From assembly GCA_038741355.1 (NCBI GenBank), contig JAVYLC010000057.1, positions 1 to 8,565 of the forward strand: a stretch of DNA of 8,565 nt, read 5' to 3'. Origin of the DNA: Nitrososphaerota archaeon (GTDB lineage: Archaea; Thermoproteota; Nitrososphaeria_A; Caldarchaeales; Calditenuaceae). This document shows, piece by piece, positions 1-5,772 of the stretch. Under the pieces are notes generated by a model. It was given only the letters and a program-made list of their open reading frames with translations, had not been told where the DNA came from and did no database searches. A program made the position numbers and the translations under genes. The first letter of the stretch is position 1. The number at the start of each line of letters is the position of its first letter.

Positions 1-350
1 TTGCGCAGAGGAGCAAAGATAAGCTGGCATATCAGATAGTGAAAAAGGCAAAAACAATCATCAAGGAATACGATAAAGTATGCAGGGGGCTCGGATTGAC
101 TGATAAAAGCCGCTACGGTAAAGCTGCTCTGGCAGACCTTCTTCTACACGTAGACTTTACGGCTGGTTTGAGGAAAATCCTGTGCTACGTAGGACTCTAC
201 AAGCCCAGCAACGGAAGATACAGCCACAGGCTTAGAACAGCATTACAATCACTAGCAATAAGCTACTATGGGAAAGCAAAGGTCAGAGCAAAAGAGGCCC
301 GACAACTGCTGAAGAAAATCAAGCAAACCATGGCTAGAGGCCCGGCCTGA
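1..350 (+). CDS. 3' part of a gene cut by the left window edge; possible IS110-family-like transposase C-terminal (Transposase_20/HhH-like) domain
   Basis: Frame 3 is open from nt 3 (AQRSKDKLAYQIVKK...) to TGA at 348-350, so the track ORF 39..350 starts at an internal GTG. GKAALADLLLHVDFTAGLRKILCYVGLYKPSNGRYSHRLRTALQSLA resembles, from memory, the pattern A..LLAeigD..RF....L.aYaGL.P...SG...LR.aL..aA of that domain. The catalytic N-terminal domain would lie outside the window, so the family call is weak. Confidence 0.4.
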   Translation, partial: AQRSKDKLAYQIVKKAKTIIKEYDKVCRGLGLTDKSRYGKAALADLLLHVDFTAGLRKILCYVGLYKPSNGRYSHRLRTALQSLAISYYGKAKVRAKEARQLLKKIKQTMARGPA

Positions 351-363
351 CGGCGGAGAAAAA

Positions 364-437
364 CCGGATGAAGGCCGGGCAATAGAGCGGTCAACGCCTC
401 GCGGCGATTTAAGAGCCAATGCACGGTCTTCATCCGG
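364..437 (+). repeat. GC-rich inverted repeat / potential stem-loop just downstream of the first CDS
   Basis: ccggatgaaggccg (364-377) pairs with cggtcttcatccgg (424-437): 14 pairs including one G.U, with a 46-nt loop. A competing 8-bp pairing exists between gcccggcc (341-348) and ggccgggc (373-380). A pyrimidine run with TTTT at 487-490 follows. Confidence 0.5.
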
Positions 438-507
438 CCTTCCCAGACGTCGTCAGACAACCGGCCCCAGCCAAACCCTCCTCTCCTTTTCCTCTTATTA
501 AACATAC

Positions 508-517
508 ATTTATGTAA
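508..517 (+). promoter_or_regulatory. TATA-like box for the tRNA gene
   Basis: atttatgtaa is centred about 29 nt upstream of tRNA position 1 (nt 541). This spacing is typical for archaeal TATA-to-transcription-start distance. Confidence 0.4.
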
Positions 518-540
518 TGGTAGAAAGTGTAGTTAATGTT

Positions 541-645
541 GGGCCCGTAGCTCAGGCAGGCAGAGAAAATATTACCAATAGGTAATATTTCTGAAACGGC
601 CGGCTCTTAACCGGTAGGTCGAGGGTTCAAATCCCTCCGGGCCCG
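541..645 (+). tRNA. tRNA-Lys (anticodon CTT) interrupted by a ~31-nt non-canonical intron in the D-arm (about 566-596)
   Basis: Hand-folded cloverleaf. Acceptor GGGCCCG 541-547 pairs with CGGGCCC 638-644, discriminator G645. D-stem GCTC 550-553 pairs with GAG 563-565 plus C597. D-loop AGGCAGGCA contains the GG. Anticodon stem GCCGG 599-603 pairs with CCGGT 611-615, loop CTCTTAA gives anticodon CTT at 606-608. Variable loop AGGTC. T-arm GAGGG/TTCAAAT/CCCTC spans 621-637. The D-stem closes only if 566-596 is removed. No CCA is encoded. Confidence 0.85.
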
Positions 646-871
646 GACCTTGTACATTATTATCGTGATCGTGATGTGGTTGGGAAGAGATGGGGGGTGG
701 GTTGGCTGGGGGTTTTAGCCGTCCTGTCCGCACCAAGTAGTCCACGAGCCTTTGCTGTTTTCTACCCACCATGAATCCTATCAGCCTGTAGAACGTCTGC
801 CCAGAGTCAGCAGTAACATATAATACCGGATATAATCTTTGACATGGTAGGCCGAGGGGCCACTTGGCCAT
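572..871 (-). pseudogene. possible N-terminal fragment (intN) of an SSV-type integrase left at a tRNA attachment site
   Basis: This 99-aa ORF starts at ATG 869-871, about 225 nt downstream of the tRNA. It reads antisense through the tRNA 3' half (..QGPGPEGFEPSTYRLRAG..) and stops inside the tRNA intron. The T-arm is read as G-F-E-P about 80 aa from the start. From memory, SSV1 integrase has the same feature (..PPGFEPG.. about 70 aa in), and that gene is split at the att site on integration. The first ~55 aa (LYVTADSGQTFYRLIGFMVGRKQQRLVDYLV) have normal protein-like complexity. No intC and no second att copy is present in the window. Confidence 0.3.
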
Positions 872-1041
872 CCGTGATGGCCTGTCACGATTCTAGCGTT
901 CCCTAACAGCTCCTTAAAGGCTCCTTAACAGCTTCTAGGTTTAACAGGTGGAAGCTGTAGCGGTAGTCGATGGCTGAGTATTCGACTGTGGAGGCTAGGG
1001 TTGTATCTGGTAGAGTTAATACGCATTTCACTTGTATTCAG

Positions 1042-1058
1042 GGGGCTGTCAACTTAAG
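1042..1058 (+). repeat. solo sequence resembling the terminal inverted repeat of the MITE at 5773-5978
   Basis: ggggctgtcaacttaag versus TIR ggctctgttaacttaag gives 14/17 identities, including ctgt and a contiguous aacttaag. It lies in a ~375-bp stretch with stops in all frames. Confidence 0.35.
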
Positions 1059-1246
1059 GCCACCCATGACCTTATCCACCTCTCCGATACCTTAGGCCTG
1101 TATGTTGGGAAGCATGCGTTGCGTATCTTGTGTAGAGCAGTAGTGGGGTGAGGTAGGGAAAAGATAGGACGGCTTTCCCAACTACCGGGAATATCCTTGA
1201 GTTTTTTGTTGCGCAACTTAATATTTATGGAGTTTCCGGATATGGG

Positions 1247-1723
1247 ATGGAGTGGTGTTGGTTCATGACTAAGAGGATTGTTGAGGAGGTTGTCAAGCTG
1301 ATAAGTAGTCCCAGTACAACGGGCCTCGCCACCCTTAGGCACTACCCGATGGAGAGGAGGATTTATCAGAAGTTCGGATCCTGCGGGTTTAGCCTCGAGA
1401 TTGTCCAGTCTGAGGGTGGGAAGAGGCGGAGGGTCTATGTACTTGTGGAGGCTCAGGCCCGGGGAGCTGGACGCGGGCGGAAAACGGGCTACGAGAAAGC
1501 GGGGGGTGTCGTCAGGTGTGTGATAGCGGAGGAGATAGATGGTACACTGAGGTATAAGACTTTGAGGGGGCGTTACAGAAACATGGCCGAGCTCTTCAAG
1601 AGCGTCGAAGAGGTGAGAAGCGCGTTCTATGAGAGGTATAGAGCCCTTAAACCCGTGGTCGCTGAGAAGGAGATCTTCCACGCTGCAGGTATTCCTGATG
1701 ATGAGCTCTTACTCGGCGTATAA
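1247..1723 (+). CDS. hypothetical protein (no family recognised)
   Basis: This 158-aa ORF has the charged K/E/R/V-rich composition typical of thermophile proteins. The overlapping antisense ORF 1049..1681 is P/L/S/H-rich and looks like a shadow. A TATA-like ttaatatttat sits at 1218-1228. ATG 1265 (MTKRIVEEV...), preceded by ggtg at 1254-1257, may be the real start. Confidence 0.6.
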   Translation: MEWCWFMTKRIVEEVVKLISSPSTTGLATLRHYPMERRIYQKFGSCGFSLEIVQSEGGKRRRVYVLVEAQARGAGRGRKTGYEKAGGVVRCVIAEEIDGTLRYKTLRGRYRNMAELFKSVEEVRSAFYERYRALKPVVAEKEIFHAAGIPDDELLLGV

Positions 1724-1765
1724 AAAAATTCTCATCGTTAGAGAAAAATGACTTAAACAGAAAAA
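1722..1765 (-). terminator. oligo-T tracts downstream of the CHRD gene (read on the minus strand)
   Basis: Plus-strand A5 (1761-1765), A5 (1744-1748) and A7 (1722-1728) read as T5, T5 and T7 on the minus strand, 34-77 nt after the CHRD stop at 1799. Archaeal RNA polymerase terminates at oligo-T. Confidence 0.35.
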
Positions 1766-1798
1766 TTGTTTAGATTGCTTGGCTGGGTCTATCAGTCC

Positions 1799-2317
1799 CT
1801 AGCCTGCCAGCGGCGTAAGCTGGCCCCTTATCTCGCCTGTCGGGAATCTTGCAGTGTGTACGTTCACATAGGCGGCACCAGCCCTTATCGCCCCTATAAC
1901 AGCGTCGAGGTCTCCTGCTGCCAGCCCCTGTCCCGCTATTGCCTGCACATCAGAGGCTGTTAATGTCCCTGTAACTCTGCCATAAGAGGTTGGACATGCA
2001 GGTTTGGGACCACCACATAGCCAAACTGCTACTCCTCCAACATGTCCGTCCTTGCCAATGTGTATATGTGCCATAGATACGTCTGCAAGGCCGAAGAAGA
2101 CGAGTTCGTAGGATATGCTTTTTCCATCCTCAGATATCCTCACAGTAGCCCAGCCGTAGCCTTTCGAGACAACAGACGGAACCTCGTTAAAACCTGTGAG
2201 TGTGGCTGTGAATGTTCTAGAGCCAGGAGAAGCTGGTGTGTTTATAGAAAAAACTAGGATCGTCGCGATTGATATAGTCAGTAAAGCAGCTAGAATTATT
2301 ATAGACCTTCTCTCCAT
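1799..2317 (-). CDS. CHRD domain-containing protein with N-terminal signal peptide / membrane anchor
   Basis: The N-terminus is hydrophobic (MERRSIIILAALLTISIATILVFSI). CHRD hallmarks follow: LTGFNEVP..GYGWATV, AHIHIGKDGHVGGV, and AYVNVHTARFPTGEIRGQL at the C-terminus. Confidence 0.85.
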   Translation of the reverse strand: MERRSIIILAALLTISIATILVFSINTPASPGSRTFTATLTGFNEVPSVVSKGYGWATVRISEDGKSISYELVFFGLADVSMAHIHIGKDGHVGGVAVWLCGGPKPACPTSYGRVTGTLTASDVQAIAGQGLAAGDLDAVIGAIRAGAAYVNVHTARFPTGEIRGQLTPLAG

Positions 2318-2339
2318 GGCACCAACGCCGCGGTGATTT

Positions 2340-2347
2340 AATATATA
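2340..2347 (-). promoter_or_regulatory. TATA box for the CHRD gene (leaderless spacing)
   Basis: Minus-strand tatatatt is centred about 26 nt upstream of ATG 2315-2317. Confidence 0.45.
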
Positions 2348-2416
2348 GTTTCACTATCTACTAAATATTGGCGCCGTAATACCGTGGCATCTCCGGTTGC
2401 GTGGGTGGCGAAACCC

Positions 2417-2426
2417 TTTATTTTTA
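2417..2426 (+). promoter_or_regulatory. TATA box upstream of small plus-strand ORF
   Basis: tttattttta, preceded by cgaaaccc, is centred about 30 nt upstream of ATG 2451. Confidence 0.4.
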
Positions 2427-2450
2427 GAGGTGGGTTGTTGGGTCTTCGGA

Positions 2451-2741
2451 ATGGATAGAGTAGCTCGAGGACTTTTGGAGGTGGGTGTCGGTCTGGGGTT
2501 GGGTGTGGCGCCTACACTGGCAGCACTAACCTTAGTTGGGCTTGGGTTGACGTCCTCACCCTTTGTACAGGGGCTGATGGCTGAGTTAGTGGGCTTATTT
2601 TCGGTTAACCTTGTTCTCAGCATCCTAGCATGCCCTGTTGTCGTACTGGGTCTATGGGACTTCAGGGGTGGTCTGAGGGCTAGGGCTGAGCAGTTGAATA
2701 CCGAGAGTACGGCGAGCCGAGAGATTCCAGCTCCTCCCTAG
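2451..2741 (+). CDS. small hydrophobic (predicted membrane) protein, hypothetical
   Basis: This is the in-frame ATG of track ORF 2397..2741, which itself begins at TTG. MDRVARGLLEVGVGLGLGVAPTLAALTLVGLGL...LFSVNLVLSILACPVVVLGLW shows 2-3 hydrophobic helices, and a well-placed TATA box lies upstream. The competing minus ORF 2354..2623 is low-complexity P/T/S-rich. The coding status is not certain. Confidence 0.4.
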   Translation: MDRVARGLLEVGVGLGLGVAPTLAALTLVGLGLTSSPFVQGLMAELVGLFSVNLVLSILACPVVVLGLWDFRGGLRARAEQLNTESTASREIPAPP

Positions 2742-3862
2742 GTATACCGGGCCGCCTGCTTGACAGCGGCGCTCGCAGCATCAAGCATCCTCGTGAAATA
2801 TCCAATATTCCTCGATTCTAGAATTCTTTTCCCTTCCTCCTCTCTTGTCCCTACCAGCCTCACAACCATTTCCTTGGAACCGCCGAGCTCGTCAAAGGCC
2901 TTCACTATGCCTGCTGCAACCTCATCGCATCTGGTAATTCCACCCAGCACGTTTAGGAAGATCAGTTTGATGTGCGGCCTGTTAAGGAGGAACTTGAGAG
3001 CCGTGTATACTCTTTCAGAGGATGCGCCGCCGCCTAGGTCGAGGAAGCAACCCGGCCTCCCCCCTAGGGTGTATATTAGGTCCATCGTCGCCATGGTAAG
3101 CCCGGCCCCATTGCAGACAACCCCGATATCGCCGTCCAGCTCCACATAGTTGAGGCCCAGCCTCTCCGCCTCGCTTTCAGCTCCCGCCTCTGATGCGAAT
3201 TTGAACCCTTTTATTCGCGCGGCATTATCGTCGATAATGATCTTGGCGTCAAGAGCGACTAGTCTCTCATCCATCGTCAATGCTAGCGGATTTATTTCGG
3301 CTAGATCGCAGTAATACTGTGTGTAGGTGTTGTATAGTTTCTTCACAATATCTTGGAGCTGTGTTGCAGCGCTTGTAGAGAGGTTCAGCTGGGTTGCGAG
3401 TTTTCTTGTCTGCCATTCCCTTAGTCCGGTTAGGGGGTCAATGGAGACCTTGATAAGGGCTTCTGGATGGTTCTTTGAGAGCTCCTCCACATCCACACCC
3501 CCCATCCTAGATGCGAGTATTAGATGCCTGTTTGATGCTCTGTCTACGATTATGGATAGATAGAGCTCCTCAGAATGCTTAACTGCCTCAGCTACAATTA
3601 ACTTCCGAACCTTCTCCCCCCTAATCTCTGAACCTAGAAGCTCGGTCGAGACTCGCTCAACGTCTTCGAGAGTCTCTACGACCCTCACTCCGCCGGCCTT
3701 TCCTCTTCCCCCGACGAGCACTTGGGCCTTCAAGACGACAGGGAGGCCGATCTGCTTGGCTACCTCTACAGCCCCTTCAGGCTCGTTCACCACGCTAAAC
3801 CTCGGGATAGGTATACCGGCCTCAGACAGCAGTCTGAAGCCCTCATACTCGATAATCCTCAT
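2738..3862 (-). CDS. sucC: succinate--CoA ligase (ADP-forming) beta subunit-like ATP-grasp protein
   Basis: Collinear with SucC as I recall it: MRIIEYEGFRLL.., VVLKAQVLVGGRGKAGGVRVV, ELYLSIIVDR, EINPLALT, LNYVELDGDIGVVCNGAGLTMATMD, FLDLGGGAS, FLNVLGGITRCDEVA. ATG start at 3860-3862. Confidence 0.85.
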   Translation of the reverse strand: MRIIEYEGFRLLSEAGIPIPRFSVVNEPEGAVEVAKQIGLPVVLKAQVLVGGRGKAGGVRVVETLEDVERVSTELLGSEIRGEKVRKLIVAEAVKHSEELYLSIIVDRASNRHLILASRMGGVDVEELSKNHPEALIKVSIDPLTGLREWQTRKLATQLNLSTSAATQLQDIVKKLYNTYTQYYCDLAEINPLALTMDERLVALDAKIIIDDNAARIKGFKFASEAGAESEAERLGLNYVELDGDIGVVCNGAGLTMATMDLIYTLGGRPGCFLDLGGGASSERVYTALKFLLNRPHIKLIFLNVLGGITRCDEVAAGIVKAFDELGGSKEMVVRLVGTREEEGKRILESRNIGYFTRMLDAASAAVKQAARYT

Positions 3863-3899
3863 CTGAACGACACCGGTGAATGGTATCTGACTCTACTTT

Positions 3900-4505
3900 C
3901 TAAACCTTGGCCTTGCTGAACCTCTTATCGACATCATCCCAGTTTACTACCTGCCACCACGCATCGACGTAGCTGGCGCGGTCATTCTTATATTGCAAGT
4001 AGTATGCGTGCTCCCAGACATCGAGTGAAAGCAGGATTGGTAGCTGGGCTAGGTGCATGAGGTTCTGCTTCTCAATCTGTGTCAAGACCAACCTGTCCGT
4101 CTCTGGGTCGTAGAGCAATAGGGCCCAGCCGACGCCCTCAACCGTCTTAGCCGCGTCGCTAAATAGCTTTTTGAACCGGTCAAACCCACCGAACTCCTTC
4201 TCGATACGGTCTGCTATCCCGCCGCCTGGCTTTCCACCACCCTTACCAGGTGGAGCCATGTTAGGCCAGAAGATAGAGTGGAGTTTGTGCCCATCTAGGT
4301 TAAAGCTCAAATCCCTAAGCACGGCTCTTACATCGATCTCAATCTCACCTCTTGCCGCCTTCTCAATCTTCTCTAAAGCCGCGTTGGCGCCATTCACGTA
4401 GGCCTGGTGGTGTTTTGTATGGTGGAGTGTCATAATCTGCTCAGAGATTACCGGCTCGAGAGCGTTGTATGCGTATGGTAGTTGGGGAAGAGTATACCTC
4501 TGCAC
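3900..4505 (-). CDS. sod: Fe/Mn-family superoxide dismutase
   Basis: LPYAYNALEPVISEQIMTLHHTKHHQAYV, the metal-ligand motif DVWEHAYYLQYKNDR, and NWDDV. A glycine-rich insert PPGKGGGKPGGG is present, as in crenarchaeal SODs I recall (e.g. Aeropyrum). GTG start at 4503-4505. Confidence 0.95.
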   Translation of the reverse strand: MQRYTLPQLPYAYNALEPVISEQIMTLHHTKHHQAYVNGANAALEKIEKAARGEIEIDVRAVLRDLSFNLDGHKLHSIFWPNMAPPGKGGGKPGGGIADRIEKEFGGFDRFKKLFSDAAKTVEGVGWALLLYDPETDRLVLTQIEKQNLMHLAQLPILLSLDVWEHAYYLQYKNDRASYVDAWWQVVNWDDVDKRFSKAKV

Positions 4506-4526
4506 GGTTTAGACACTTTATGTCGG

Positions 4527-4532
4527 ATATAT
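4527..4532 (-). promoter_or_regulatory. TATA box for sod (leaderless spacing)
   Basis: atatat is centred about 25 nt upstream of GTG 4505. Confidence 0.45.
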
Positions 4533-4572
4533 GAGCCTTTCCAACCAACAATCCAGCGGAATATCAGCACAA

Positions 4573-4753
4573 TTAACCAACTGTGTCGTACAAACCTTGT
4601 GAGGGAATGCCGTGAAAGTAGCAAATCCACATCTCTCACGATCATGAACTCGTGATCTATGCCTCCCCTGTTCGTTAGTACTATTCTCACCTGTTCCCCG
4701 CTCTTGAGGCTGACTGTAGGGCCTCCGGTCATGTGGTCAAACCGTTGTGGGAT
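4573..4753 (-). pseudogene. 3' fragment of a cupredoxin-like gene (interrupted and probably internally deleted)
   Basis: Minus frame IPQRFDHMTGGPTVSLKSGEQVRIVLTNRGGIDHEFMIV fits the cupredoxin N-terminal beta-strand pattern F.P..i.vk.Ge.V.l.l.N.g...H.f.i. The rest of track ORF 4448..4732 is not protein-like and runs over the sod promoter and start. A shifted frame gives EMWICYFHGIPSQGLYDTVG-stop (ending about 4573), faintly like a type-1 copper C..H loop. Confidence 0.35.
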
Positions 4754-4763
4754 TCATAGATTT

Positions 4764-5701
4764 TCATCCCTTCCCCCTCACCTCAATTATCTGAGGTTCA
4801 TTGAGGGCTTTCGGGGGCAACGGTAAAGCACTCCACATTGGAAGCTTCATTGCGATGTTCCAAGCTGCAACTAAATGCCTATCTGCTTGGAAGCCACACT
4901 TCCTGCATTTGAAGACATGCCCATTCGGCTTACCTAATTCGCCACATATCGGGCATGTTCTGGAAGTGTTCCTAGCATCAACCATTTCAGGGTTAAAGCA
5001 ACGTTCCATAGCTTTAATAGGAAATATAAGACTGAGTTTTTCTGAATGGCATGGCGTGAAGCCTCCTATTCATCTTCCTACCATAGTCTATCTTATCCCT
5101 AATGTTTTTCAGCTCCTCCATCACAGGCTTAACATGCCCCTCACCAATGATCCCGGCAATAACCTTTGAAGCCCTATGAAGTATCGCGTTAACTCTCCTT
5201 CTCTCCCCTCCAGAATACTTCGACAGCAGCCTTTCCCTCCTTTCCCCTGAAGTTTTAGCTTAGATGCTCTTTCGCTTTCTGAAGTATCTGTCCTTTATGC
5301 GTAGCTAACTTTAGGTTTCCCCAACTAAACCAGAATAGATGAGTATCGTCTAGGAGAACCGTGATTGAACCATTCACACTGGGTGGTTTAGTGTTCTTCC
5401 TCTTTCTTGACAATCGCCTATAAGATTCTAACATTGCCAGAGCTTGAGTTATGGCTGTGTAAATATAATGTGAAGGATATTCAGGATGCTTTTCCCTTAA
5501 TCTTCTATAGATTACCTCGTGCAGCCTCTTTCGTGATGTTATGTTTGCCTCGATGGCTTTGTTTAAGCACTCTTCAACCATATCGGCATAAGCTGAAAAG
5601 AGCTGCTCTAGGATTTTTGCTTGCTTTCCGCTTGGTTCAAGCTTAAACTTGCACGTCTCAATCAGTGATAAGCTGTTTGACACCTTCCACCACCTTCTCA
5701 T
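4764..5701 (-). pseudogene. tnpB: degraded tnpB (IS200/IS605-family OrfB/TnpB) in three reading frames
   Basis: The N-terminal piece is 5255..5701 (CKFKLEPSGKQAKILEQLFSAYADMVEECLN..). A middle piece about 5017-5259 in another frame was translated by hand: ..ERRERLLSKYSGGERRRVNAILHRASKVIAGIIGEGHVKPVMEELKNIRDKIDYGRKMNRRLHAMPFRKTQSYISY-stop. The C-terminal piece is 4764..5009 (KAMERCFNPEMVDARNTSRTCPICG..FKCRKCGFQADRHLVAAWNIA), carrying the zinc ribbon and RuvC-III Asp. The total of about 312 codons is short against a typical ~400, and no GIDlG-type RuvC-I segment is visible. Confidence 0.85.
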
Positions 5702-5763
5702 ATTTATGGCTCCTTGTACTGGCTTCCTTCATCGTATAATGCTTCTCTATAGTCATTATGATA

Positions 5764-5772
5764 AGCTACGTG
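5764..5772. repeat. left copy of 9-bp target-site duplication (agctacgtg)
   Basis: Identical 9-mers directly abut the outer ends of both TIRs (5764-5772 and 5979-5987). Confidence 0.75.

Noticed and set aside
266-505. 79-aa minus-strand ORF overlapping the end of the first CDS and the GC-rich stem-loop
   Set aside because: It has an Arg/Gly/Pro-rich low-information composition and is antisense to a better ORF and to a structured non-coding stretch. There is no promoter-like box at the right distance.
664-676. Tandem tcgtga tcgtga duplication just after the tRNA
   Set aside because: It is only two copies of a 6-mer. It encodes the HDHD run in the antisense ORF and has no further periodicity.
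928-986. Two short hairpins, acagcttc/gaagctgt (928-935/951-958) and agtcga/tcgact (964-969/981-986), considered as ncRNA or origin-like structure
   Set aside because: The stems are only 6-8 bp with large loops and no flanking promoter or terminator signals. Hairpins of this size are expected by chance in non-coding DNA, so I regard them as part of the decayed region.
1103-1208. gttgggaa/ttcccaac inverted repeat (about 55-nt spacer) followed by T6 at 1202-1207, considered as a small RNA with terminator
   Set aside because: There is no recognisable upstream TATA box and no C/D or H/ACA box motifs. It has a single 8-bp stem. The T-run also lies just upstream of the TATA-like box of the next gene. 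The evidence is insufficient.
1049-1681. 210-aa minus-strand ORF, the longest ORF in this region
   Set aside because: Its P/L/S/H-rich composition is typical of the antisense shadow of a GAG/GAA/AGG-rich gene. The plus-strand ORF 1247..1723 has far more protein-like composition and a TATA-like box. The part outside the overlap (1049-1246) shows nothing recognisable.
1696-1760. atgatga at 1697-1703 as a possible C box of a C/D box sRNA
   Set aside because: No CTGA D box or C'/D' motifs occur at the required 50-70 nt spacing, and the motif lies inside the 3' end of a CDS.
1766-2257. Plus-strand ORFs 1766..1963 and 2042..2257
   Set aside because: They are fully antisense to the confidently identified CHRD gene. 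The translations are Cys/Arg-rich and implausible.
2354-2623. 89-aa minus-strand ORF in the position where sucD would be expected
   Set aside because: The sequence is low-complexity Pro/Thr/Ser-rich with no resemblance to SucD (no GITG/Rossmann-type N-terminus). The opposite-strand hydrophobic ORF with its TATA box is the better, though still uncertain, candidate.
2760-3919. Plus-strand ORFs 2760..3149, 3327..3563 and 3722..3919
   Set aside because: They are antisense shadows inside sucC, with Ser/Pro/Leu-rich translations.
4171-4401. Plus-strand ORF inside sod
   Set aside because: It is an antisense shadow of a confidently identified gene.
4448-4732. Treating the whole 94-aa ORF as an intact small gene
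   Set aside because: Only the first ~35 residues look like a real (cupredoxin-type) sequence. The remainder is non-protein-like and would overlap the sod TATA box and start codon. It is interpreted instead as a gene fragment.
4801-5646. Plus-strand ORFs 4801..5169 and 5407..5646
   Set aside because: They are antisense to the tnpB remnant, whose three minus-strand frames carry clear TnpB motifs.
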